Below are positions 48,581 to 57,847 of a DNA stretch of 64,000 bases, piece after piece. How positions within the stretch are numbered: the first letter of the stretch is position 1; every line of letters begins with the position of its first letter. The stretch comes from an uncultured delta proteobacterium (GTDB lineage: Bacteria; Desulfobacterota; RBG-13-43-22). The position numbers were made by a program, and so were the translations under genes. The stretch is taken from assembly GCA_963743305.1 (NCBI GenBank), contig CAVUPH010000030.1:1-64000 (forward strand). Direction: 5' to 3'. The notes under the pieces are model-generated. The model was not told the origin of the DNA, made no database searches, and saw only the letters and a program-made list of their open reading frames with translations.

Positions 48581-51500
48581 TCAGATTGGCCAAGAGGAAC
48601 GAACCGTCGTTCCCTGCCCCGGAGCCGACTCCACTTCAAAGCGACCGCCGGAAAGTTCCGTTCGGGCTTTTAGGCTTAAAAGCCCCAATCCTCCCCAGGG
48701 AGATTTCTTGGCGATCGTCTCCTCCAGGTCAAAGCCCTGCCCGTTGTCCGTCACGGTGAACTCCATCCGGTTGTCTTTCTTCAGAAGGCGAAGGAAGACC
48801 CGGTTCGCCTGGCTGTGTTGGGCGACGTTATTCAGTGTTTCCAGCAGGATTCTATAGATGACGATCTTGGCCGATGAGATGATCTCATGTTCAGCCAAGC
48901 CGTCCTGCCTCTCAGTGGTCAGGCCAGGATGGTTCTTTTCAAATTCTCGACAATACCAATCTATGGTGGCCAGGATGCCGATATCGTCGAGGACATAGGG
49001 CCACAGATCTCCCTGCATGGAACGGATTTTTCCCACCGCCTCGAGGAGGGCCGCCATGATGTTCTTCGATGTATCCTGTAAAACGGCCCGGTCCATCCGG
49101 TCCTGGTCCGCAAAGAGGCGTTCAACATCAAACCGGATGGCCACCAGCGTTTGCCAGACGTTATCATGGAGCTCATAAGAAACCCGCTTTCTTTCATTCT
49201 CCTGGGCGAAAACAAGCTGGGAAGATAGATCGGCCAGTTCCGCGGTCCGTTCCTTCACCCGATCTTCCAGCGTCTCGGTCAAATGTTGGAGTTCCGACGA
49301 TCGCTTTTGCAGTGCCTCTTCCGTTCGCTTGCGATCGGTAATGTCCTGTGACAGCACGGCGATATCCTGGCCCATAGAGACCACCGCGACCCGGAACCAA
49401 CGTTGCGGCAGAACGCCATCGGCTTCGTAGAGCATCTCCTGGACGCGGGTTTTCCCAGTCTCGGCCACCTGCTGATAGGTTTCTACGAACGCCGATCCAC
49501 GGTGGCCGGGAAACAGTTCCAGCAGGCTCCTTCCCGCCAGCGCGGACAGTTTCATGCCGACGATGTGTTCCATCGCGGCATTCGCATAGACCCAGGTGAA
49601 GTCCACGACGCGCCTCCGGGTATCGCGCACCGGCCGCAAGATGGAGAACCCGTCTGGCATAAGCTCCTGCGCGACGCGGAAGCGTTCTTCGCTCGCACGC
49701 AGCGCTATCTCGGCTTTGCGCTGCTCAGTAATCTCACGAATGGTGATGAAGCCGAGGACCATCTTGCCAGCGGCGTCGAAGATCGGGCAGCCGTTGTAGC
49801 TGGCATCGAACTCCAGGCCCGTGTCCTGGCGGTGCGCGTGAAACACCTGATTTTGGAAACGCTCGCCGCGCACGACGCGGGAAATCGGCCAATGGTCGAA
49901 GGAAAGAGGGCAGCCCTGGTCGTCCCAGCCCTGCCACGTGGCGGGCAGTTTTTCGAGAGCGATGCGCCCATCCTCTTGAACGGAATAGCCATGGAGGCGC
50001 AAGGACGCGGGGTTCTGGTAAATCATTCCCTGTGCATCAAAAAGCATCAACCCCTCGGACATATTTTCCGCGACCGAGCGGAATCGCTCCTCGCTCTCGC
50101 GCTGCGCCGCCTCGGCCTCTCGCAGTTTTGTTGAATCGAAGTAATAGCAGGTGACGCCGTATTGCCCTTCCGCTAGCATCATGCGGTGCAGTTCCCATTC
50201 GTAGGCTTCCTCGATTTCCACATCCTGGCGCGGGTTGATGAAATTCCGCGAGTAGTATGGCTCGCCGGTGTCGAGGGTGTGGCGGAAGTGGGCGATAATT
50301 TCCGCGGCGACGGGTTCGGGCCAGAGGATGCGCATGACCTCGTTAAAATCGCGTCCGATCACGGGCCGCACGTTCTGGAACGCGCCGGTTTGCGAACCGA
50401 TGTTCATCTGAGCGATCCGGAATTGTGAATCAACGACGTAGATGCCGAAGGGAGCCCGCTCGACCAATTCGGAAAACGTCTTCTGGCTCCGGCTGAACGC
50501 CGCCTCGGCGTGCTTGCGCTCAGTGATGTCGTGGAAGACGAGCACCACACCCGAGAGTCTGCCGTCCTCATCTCGTATCGGCGCCCCGCTATCATCGATC
50601 GGAATCTCTTTCCCGCTCTTTCCTACGAGAACCGTGTGATTCGCAAGACCTACAACAACACCTTCCTTGAGCACTTTGGCAACGGGGTCTTCAACTCGAT
50701 TACGGGTGTGCTCATTGATGATGTGAAATACATCGGCCACCGGCATCGCCGAGGCCTCGGAGATTGCCCAGCCCGTCAACTCTTCAGCGATCTTGTTCAT
50801 GAAAGTGATTTTACCCGAAAGATCGGTGGCAATAACCGCATCACCGACACTCGCCAGAATAGTACGATACTTCTCCTCACTTTCGCGAAGAGACATTTCA
50901 CGTTCCCGCACCTTCTCGGCCATCGATTCAAAAACATCCGCCAAGTCCTGGAATTCCGAAATCTTGTGGATGAGAAGGCTGCCTATTTTCCTCTCCGCGC
51001 CCGAGGGCCAGGGCGAAATTCCGCAGAGCCGCAATTGGGCTGGAGATTGTCCGGGAAAGGATCAGGGCAACTAAGAAGCCGAGTATTGAAACGGATAGAA
51101 AAAGAATCCCACTTTTTGAAATGTCCGATAGAATTGGGTTCACGACCTCTTCTTCTCTGGTCCCCGCAGTGGCGGCCCAGCCGATGGAGGTAACAGGGGT
51201 GAAACCGACCAACCGTTTCTTCCCTTCGAAAGGGGCATAAACTGTTGCGGCAACCTCTTTCCCTTTAAATACATCTTCAAGCTCGAGGATACTGCTTAAG
51301 CCAATTGCGTTCCTCCCACGTTGCTTCAATAGTGGGATAACGATAAACCAGGATGCCTTTCCGATCGACCAGGGCAAGGCCCCCTCCCGTGAATCGTTTG
51401 ACCCCTAACTCCTCATCAAGGAGCTCAGGTAAGATGCCTGCTATAATAATGCCAAGCAGCACGCCCTTTTCATTTCGAATCCCCCGGCTAATGGTAAAGC

Positions 51501-51972
51501 TCGGTTTTCCCGTTGTTCTGGACAGGAGCAAGTCGCTTATCACATAATCCTGTCCGGCAACAATTTGCTTGAAATAGTCACGGTCGTCTAACCGCATTCC
51601 AATAAACTGAGACCCGGTGGCTGAAAGGACGACCCCCGAAGGGTTCAACCAAAAAAACTGCCATATCCCTGGGTTGTCTGCCTGGCTTCTTAAAAGGATC
51701 CGGTCTCGATGCTCGGAGGATAATCCTGGGGACGAAGTCAACGCAAGTCCAATGGCTAATTCCTGGTGGAGAACATCTTTGACAAATCTTTCAAATGTCT
51801 TCCCGACTGCACGGGCGATTTCCAAATTGGCCTGAAGTCCCGAAGCCCGCCGCGCCTGAAAAGACTGATAGTAAAAATAAGCCTGAATACCCAAGACAGG
51901 GATGAGAACCAAAAGGAGGAGCAGGATCAACCTCTTTCGAATACTTCGCCCTCCTCTTTTTTTTGCCGCCAT
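48581..51972 (-). pseudogene. Cache/HAMP/multi-PAS NarX-type (HisKA_3) sensor histidine kinase; frameshifts near 51300 and 50990 (3' 817-aa frame intact)
   Basis: Three consecutive frames; ERKRVSYELHD, NVAQHS, DNGQGF, GLGLLSLKAR. Confidence 0.85.
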
Positions 51973-52089
51973 GCTCGACCTCCTTGCTCCAGATCCTCCG
52001 CACGCCCCGAACGTCATTGAGGTGAGTTGAGGGCGGAATATTCAATTCACCTCAAACGGGGTTCGTTTCCTTTATCCCACAGCCGGTGT

Positions 52090-52705
52090 TCAAATGGGCC
52101 ATGATACCCTGATAGCCGTCCCTTTCCCCAGGGCGGATTCAAGGTTGAAAGCCCCCCCTGAAAGCTGGGCTCGTTCTCTCATGGTGGAAAGACCCATTCG
52201 GCTTTTCGCGGTATCCAGGTTGAACCCTTTACCGTTGTCCTGTATCGCTAAACGTATCTTGCCCTCCTCTTTTTGAAGAGAGAGATGCACGAGGGTTGCC
52301 TGGCTATATTTTGCGACATTGTTCATGGCTTCCTGACAGATGCGAAAGATCGGCGTTTTTAGAGAATCAGCCACGTCAGGTTCTACTATTCCAATCTGAC
52401 TCTCCACCGAAATATGAGAATAGGTCTTTTGGTATTCCCGGCAGAACCAGTTGATGGCGGGAATAATCCCCAGGTCATCGAGGATCGATGGCCGAAGATC
52501 GGCCATGATCCGCCTGACTTCATTAATAATCTCGGTGACCTTCGAGCCGAGATCCTGCAGAGATTCAGGGCTGCTATTCCACTGTTTCATATCTTCAGCG
52601 ATTTTGTCAATTCTGAATCTCATTGCACCAAGAGAGGCCACGATGCTGTCATGAAGCTCCCCGGCAACCCTTTTCCTCTCATCCTCCTGGGCCGAGAGGA
52701 GAGCA
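52090..52705 (-). pseudogene. HisKA_3/HATPase histidine kinase, C-terminal fragment
   Basis: QEDERKRVAGELHD, NNVAKYS, DNGKGF; the 5' end stops at the 30-bp repeat. Confidence 0.85.
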
Positions 52706-52735
52706 GAAGAGGGGACGTTGGTTCTAAATTGCATT
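52706..52735. repeat. 30-bp direct repeat, second copy
   Basis: Identical to 45982-46011. Confidence 0.85.
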
Positions 52736-52825
52736 ATATGGAGGCTTGATAGGGTACCTAGTCGTCCAGGGCTGGGGCAAAGTCGCTGAAATGACTCCAG
52801 GGGCAGAGCGCAGAAGGAAAGGAGA

Positions 52826-53480
52826 GATGAAAACCGCTGCACCGATTTTGAGCAGGAAATCGGCTCTCCGGGCATGGCCCGGATAACCCGGGTAGACCAG
52901 GTGGAGCCCTATTACCGGCGGTTCATGGACCGGTTCCCCGATACTCGGACGCTGGCGCGGGCGCCGCTGGAGAAAGTGCTGAAGGCTTGGGAGGGGCTGG
53001 GATATTACAGCCGGGCCCTTCACCTGCACCAGAGCGCCCAAAAAATAGTCAACCAGCACGGCGGAATCTTCCCGGACCGCTATGCCGACTTGGTTGCGCT
53101 TCCCGGCATCGGACGCTCGACCGCCGGAGCCGTCTTAAGCCTGGCCTTTGACCGGCCCTATCCGGTGTTCGACGGCAATATCAAACGGGTCCTGATCCGT
53201 TTTTACCATATTCGTCGGCCGGTGGGCGAGGCGGCCACGTTAAACGAATTGTGGCGGAAAGCCGAAGAGTTGCTCCCTTCCCGGAAACCCGGCCGGTTCA
53301 ATGAAGCCCTGATGGAAAAAGGGCTTTTGGGCGGGTTATGGGAATTCCCCGGGGGCAAGCAAAATCCGGGGGAATCCTTATTCAAAAAATAGGGATTATG
53401 GATTATCGCTGGGTGACTTCGGCGGAGTTGGGCGAATACGCCTTTCCCCGAGCCGATCGGCGGGTGATCGCCTATCTGAC
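52826..53480 (+). pseudogene. mutY: Degraded duplicate: GNAT 3' fragment (52826-52892) fused to an internally deleted mutY copy
   Basis: Near-identical to 46649-46715 and 44524-45455, with deletions of about 195 bp and 142 bp. Confidence 0.92.
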
Positions 53481-53607
53481 GACGGGTGAAATGCCAGCCA
53501 AAGATATTTAATTTTTCTTGAACCATCCAGGAAACCCTGTAGAATGACCTTCGCGGGAATTTGGGCGACTTCCCGACACCTCCCAGACCGAAGGAGCCTC
53601 CCCTCCC

Positions 53608-56124
53608 TTGAAAATGTCTCAGCGCCTGGTCCAATGGGCGGGTTTTTTTCTTATCCTGGCCATCGCCCTGTATGGTGTTGATCGGCTCCTGCTTTTTATC
53701 AGAACGCCGCAAACCGGCATTTATGGGGTCTTCCGTTCCGGAGGCTATACCGTCCAGACCCTTGCCGACGCCCAGACTTCCCCTCTTCTGGAGGCCGGGC
53801 AGCGTATCATCGCCGTTGGCGGAATCCCCGTCTCGGCCTGGTTTCAATCGCTGCTTCGTATACCCCCGGGGGAAGGGCCCTCCTGGTCTATAGACCGGCC
53901 GCCATCTATCCTGGTAGCGGATCAAAAGGGCCGGAGCCGGACCACCATCCTTTATTTGAAACCTTTCTCGGCGAAGGACCTCTGGGGCCCTTTCCGGATC
54001 TGGTTTCTGGCCTGGTTTATTTTTTTCAGCGGGACGTACCTCTTTTTTCGTTTCCCCGATCAACTCCGGGTCCGTCTCCTTTCCCTGCTGCTGCTGGTGT
54101 CGGCCTTAAGTGTTTTCAATCACTCCGGCCGTCACCTGGCCATTGAAATGAGTTCCCGTCTGCCGCTGCTGACAGCCATCCGGTTCGGGACCCTTTCGTT
54201 CATCTTCTCCTCTTGGTTGTACCTCATCATTATTTTTCTAAATATCCGGGAGCATCTCCGCATCCATTCCTGGGTTCCCTGGGCAGTCTTTTTATTACCC
54301 CCCGCTTCGGCTCTCGGTGCCGTCTTTTTATCCGGCGGGGATCCCCTCTTTGGCTTCGAGTGGTCTTTACGGTTACTCCATCTGAACGCCGGGCTCGTTG
54401 TCGCTTTAACCATCACCATCCTCCTCCATTCTTTTTACACCACCCGAGATGCCGTCCTGAAGGCCCAGCTCAAATGGCTCATCTGGGGACATCTGCTGGG
54501 CATGTCCCCCTATATTCTGCTATATTCCCTGCCGATCGCCCTGGTCGGCGTTCCCGTGATTAATTACGGTATCAGTCTGGCCCCGCTGCCCTTGATCGTT
54601 TTTTCCTATTTTTTCGCCTTTTACCGCTACCGGATAATGGATGTTGACCGGGTTTTGGAAGGAAGCCTGGTATACGGCATCTCCGCCGCCATCCTTTCGC
54701 TGGTCTATCTGGCCACCTTATGGCTGATCAAAGAAAAATTCCTGGGCAGCCTGGCACCGGGCTCCTGGTTTCGCTCGGACTTTTTGATCCTGATCGGGCT
54801 GGCCTTCGGGTTCAATCCCTTGAAAAACCAGGTCCAGCGGGGGATTGAAAAGGCGCTCTTTCCGGAACGCATCGCCCTGCCGGCGCTGTTGCTGGAGGAG
54901 AGCGACCAATTATCCCGATCCTTCGACTTGAATGATCTGGCCACGGTGTTGCTCAGCAGCCTGCCCCAGAAACTGGCGATCGATCAGGCCGCCCTGTATT
55001 TGCGGAAGCCCTTTTCGGAAGACTGGGAACTCCGGACAAACCCCGGACGATGGCTGGCGGAAGTTCCTCAGGTCATAACTACCCTGGAGAACATGAGCAG
55101 AGAAGAACCGCTGAAACCGTTTTGGGACATCATCGGCTCCCATAAAGATCCCTCGGGTACGGAGAAAGCATTCGAATTTTTGGAAAAAAGCGGAGTGGCC
55201 TCCATTTTCCCCCTGATGAGCGGCGACGAACCCTGGGGCTTTTACCTGCTCGGAGGAAAGCGGACCAACCGCCTGCTGAACTCCGAAGAGGTCCACGTAA
55301 TCCGCACCCTGGCCACCCAGGCTGCCCATCAGGTGGGCAACGCCCGGCTGCTGGAAGGATTCCGGCAGACCAACCTCTCCCTGAGCGAGTTGACCGGCCG
55401 GCTGATGCAGGCTGAAAAAATGGCCAGTCTCGGCGAAGGGTCCGCCGTACTGGCTCACGAACTCAAAAACCCGCTGGGGATCATTCGGGGTTCCGCCGAA
55501 ATACTCCTTAAAAATCAAGACCCGGCCGGAAATGCCGAAGTACTGCATTTCATCCTCGATGAAACCGACCGCCTGACGGCCCTGGTGGAGGAGTTCATGC
55601 AGTTCGCCCGCATAGCCCCGCCGCAGAAGACTTATACCGACTTGAACGAACTGGTCCAGTCCGTAGCCTTTCTCTGGGAATCCAGGCGGAAAAGCGCGGT
55701 CCCGCTGACTATCCATTTTCGACTGGACCTCCCGGCGGGGAAAGTCCTCCTCGATTCCCGGCAGGTCTATCAGATTCTGTTGAACCTCTTCTCCAACGCC
55801 GAAGAGGCCATGCCCCTGGGAGGCGAATTGCTTCTGGCCACCGGAACGGATGAGTCTTCCGGGATGGCTTGGGCCTCCATCCAGGACACCGGAAAGGGAA
55901 TCCCGGAAAAAGATCTTCCCCGGGTATTGGACCGCTTTTTTACTACCAAGGAGTCCGGACTTGGCTTGGGTCTTGCTATAGCGAAAAAAGTTATGGAGGC
56001 CCACGGGGGTTCTATCCGGATAGAATCCACTCCAGGCAAAGGAACCCGGGTCACCCTGTTTTTTTCCCGGCAGGAAGATGTTGGGCCTTCACCCCCATCT
56101 TCCGATTTGAAAGGAGTATTTTGA
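53608..56124 (+). CDS. Membrane sensor histidine kinase: PDZ-like periplasmic domain, multi-TM, GAF, HisKA/HATPase
   Basis: LEAGQRIIAVGGIPV, about 8-9 TMs, RYRIMDVD, GAF-like WGFYLLGGK, LAHELKNPL, NAEEAM, DTGKGI, FFTTK.GLGLGLA. Confidence 0.92.
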   Translation: MKMSQRLVQWAGFFLILAIALYGVDRLLLFIRTPQTGIYGVFRSGGYTVQTLADAQTSPLLEAGQRIIAVGGIPVSAWFQSLLRIPPGEGPSWSIDRPPSILVADQKGRSRTTILYLKPFSAKDLWGPFRIWFLAWFIFFSGTYLFFRFPDQLRVRLLSLLLLVSALSVFNHSGRHLAIEMSSRLPLLTAIRFGTLSFIFSSWLYLIIIFLNIREHLRIHSWVPWAVFLLPPASALGAVFLSGGDPLFGFEWSLRLLHLNAGLVVALTITILLHSFYTTRDAVLKAQLKWLIWGHLLGMSPYILLYSLPIALVGVPVINYGISLAPLPLIVFSYFFAFYRYRIMDVDRVLEGSLVYGISAAILSLVYLATLWLIKEKFLGSLAPGSWFRSDFLILIGLAFGFNPLKNQVQRGIEKALFPERIALPALLLEESDQLSRSFDLNDLATVLLSSLPQKLAIDQAALYLRKPFSEDWELRTNPGRWLAEVPQVITTLENMSREEPLKPFWDIIGSHKDPSGTEKAFEFLEKSGVASIFPLMSGDEPWGFYLLGGKRTNRLLNSEEVHVIRTLATQAAHQVGNARLLEGFRQTNLSLSELTGRLMQAEKMASLGEGSAVLAHELKNPLGIIRGSAEILLKNQDPAGNAEVLHFILDETDRLTALVEEFMQFARIAPPQKTYTDLNELVQSVAFLWESRRKSAVPLTIHFRLDLPAGKVLLDSRQVYQILLNLFSNAEEAMPLGGELLLATGTDESSGMAWASIQDTGKGIPEKDLPRVLDRFFTTKESGLGLGLAIAKKVMEAHGGSIRIESTPGKGTRVTLFFSRQEDVGPSPPSSDLKGVF

Positions 56125-57485
56125 TGCCTCGCATCTTGGTGGTGGACGACGAAAATCGGTATTGCCGGATTTTAACTATGATGCTGCGGCCCGAACAGTA
56201 TGAAGTCGTGACGACGACCGAGGGAAAAGAAGCGGCCCGCCTGCTGGACGAACAGCCTTTCGACCTGATTCTTTCCGATTTGTTCATGGAGCCTTTCAGC
56301 GGTCTCGACCTCCTGCGACACCGCAATACCGTTTCTCCGGAGGTCCCTTTTATCGCCCTGACCGCCTTCGGTTCCATCCCCTCGGCCGTGGAGTTGATCA
56401 AGGGAGGGGCCTTTGACTACCTGGCCAAGCCCTTTCAGGAAGAAACCCTTTTGGCCGCCGTACGCAGCGCCCTGAAAGTCAAAGCCCTGGCCGAAGAAAA
56501 CCGCAACCTCCGGCAACTACTCCGGGAAAGCTTGGGCGATCCCCAATTTATTGGGGAATCCTCCGTCATTCAAACGCTATTGGAGCGGGTGAAGACCGTG
56601 GCCCGGACCGATTACACCGTCTTGCTCCTGGGGGAAACCGGCACCGGCAAGGACCTGATCGCCCAAATCATCCACCGGTTGGGGCCTTCCAAGGACGGCC
56701 CTTTCGTCAAGATCAACTGCGCCGCCATCCCCTCCGCGCTCCTGGAAAGCGAGCTCTTCGGGCATGAGAAGGGCGCCTTCACCGGGGCCGTTGCCCGGGC
56801 CAAGGGAAAATTCCAGTTGGCCCAAGGCGGAACCCTATTTCTGGATGAGATCAGTGAGTTGGATCTCCCTCTGCAGGCCAAGACCCTGCAGGCCATCGAG
56901 GATAAGCGCTTCTATCCTGTCGGGTCCACTAAACTGGCCGATGTCAACTGCCGGATCGTGGCCTCCAGCAACCGCTCCCTCAAAGAACTGTCCGAGCAGG
57001 GAAAATTCCGGCCGGACCTGCTGCACCGGCTCATGGCTTTTCCCCTTCATCTTCCTCCGCTGCGCGAGCGGAAAGAAGATATCCTGCCCCTGGCCGAACA
57101 CTATCTGCAGGTATTCGGAAAGGAGCTGGGCCTGGCCGGTTTGCGCCTTGGTGAACGGGCCTTGACGCTGTTGACGGCCTATCCCTGGCCGGGGAACGTG
57201 CGGGAACTGATGAACGTCCTCCGGTCGGCGGCCCTTTTGAACCGGGGGGAAACCATCGGCTTGGAGGCCCTGGCCGCCTACCCCGGGATCTGGGAAGAAA
57301 CCGAGGTGGAGGATATCCCCGCCAAATCCGAATCAATCGGCTCTCTCCCCACCTTGGCCGAAGCCGAGCGGGACCTGATTCGCCGGACCCTGGAGCACTG
57401 TAAAGGCAATAAAAGCCAGGCCGCCCGCACCCTGGACATCAGCCGCAGCCACTTGCGGTATCGGATGATGCTCCATGACCTGTGA
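56124..57485 (+). CDS. Sigma54-dependent response regulator (NtrC family)
   Basis: REC domain, GETGTGKD, ESELFGHEKGAFTGA, LFLDEI, WPGNVREL, Fis HTH; start overlaps the kinase stop. Confidence 0.96.
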   Translation: MPRILVVDDENRYCRILTMMLRPEQYEVVTTTEGKEAARLLDEQPFDLILSDLFMEPFSGLDLLRHRNTVSPEVPFIALTAFGSIPSAVELIKGGAFDYLAKPFQEETLLAAVRSALKVKALAEENRNLRQLLRESLGDPQFIGESSVIQTLLERVKTVARTDYTVLLLGETGTGKDLIAQIIHRLGPSKDGPFVKINCAAIPSALLESELFGHEKGAFTGAVARAKGKFQLAQGGTLFLDEISELDLPLQAKTLQAIEDKRFYPVGSTKLADVNCRIVASSNRSLKELSEQGKFRPDLLHRLMAFPLHLPPLRERKEDILPLAEHYLQVFGKELGLAGLRLGERALTLLTAYPWPGNVRELMNVLRSAALLNRGETIGLEALAAYPGIWEETEVEDIPAKSESIGSLPTLAEAERDLIRRTLEHCKGNKSQAARTLDISRSHLRYRMMLHDL

Positions 57486-57496
57486 TACCCTGTGGC

Positions 57497-57541
57497 GGTT
57501 GATATCAACCAGCATCTATTTTTTATTGGTTTATTTCAACC
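57497..57541. promoter_or_regulatory. Tandem palindromic enhancer (UAS) candidate
   Basis: Perfect GGTTGATATCAACC at 57497-57510 and GGTTTATTTCAACC at 57528-57541 (31-bp spacing). Confidence 0.65.
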
Positions 57542-57628
57542 GCCCACCATCTGTTTATCACCATCTTAAATTGTAATCGATCAGCCTTCTCCTGGGTAAT
57601 CTTTTAATTCTCCCCTTTTAGTGACCAT

Positions 57629-57782
57629 AATAAACTCGCAATAAGTCCCCGGGACAGCCATTGCGAGGAGTGAAGCGACGAAGCAATCCCCAATAATCAT
57701 CTACTTACCGAGGTGGGGATTGTTTCCCCCGGATCAAGTCTCGAGGTGCCATGACGGGTTTTCGACTTTTTGCGAAACCATC
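57629..57782. mobile_element. MITE-like palindromic element, family A
   Basis: ctcgcaataagtc...gactttttgcgaaaccatc ends; inner cattgcgaggagtgaagcgacgaagcaatcccc; homologous to 18481-18636. Confidence 0.75.
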
Positions 57783-57819
57783 GAATAATCATTCCTGAAT
57801 TCTAAATCTCTTGCCGACC

Positions 57820-57835
57820 GGGTATGAGATTTGCT
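57820..57835 (+). promoter_or_regulatory. Sigma54 -24/-12 promoter candidate
   Basis: GGGTATGAGATTTGCT (GG-N10-GC, TTGC). Confidence 0.6.
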
Positions 57836-57847
57836 TATATTTTCAAT

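Noticed and set aside
44524-53480. mutY repeat pair as DGR TR/VR or as an assembly artefact
   Set aside because: Differences are not A-biased, and deletions at microhomologies indicate ordinary duplication and decay.
54910-56004. 364-aa minus-strand ORF and similar long antisense ORFs (e.g. 53203-54063, 49403-50134, 33479-34195)
   Set aside because: They fully overlap well-supported genes on the opposite strand; typical of GC-rich DNA.
57824-57847. ORF-track start of the RCC1 protein
   Set aside because: This ATG lies within the -24/-12 promoter candidate; ATG 57848 or 57869 gives a better signal peptide.
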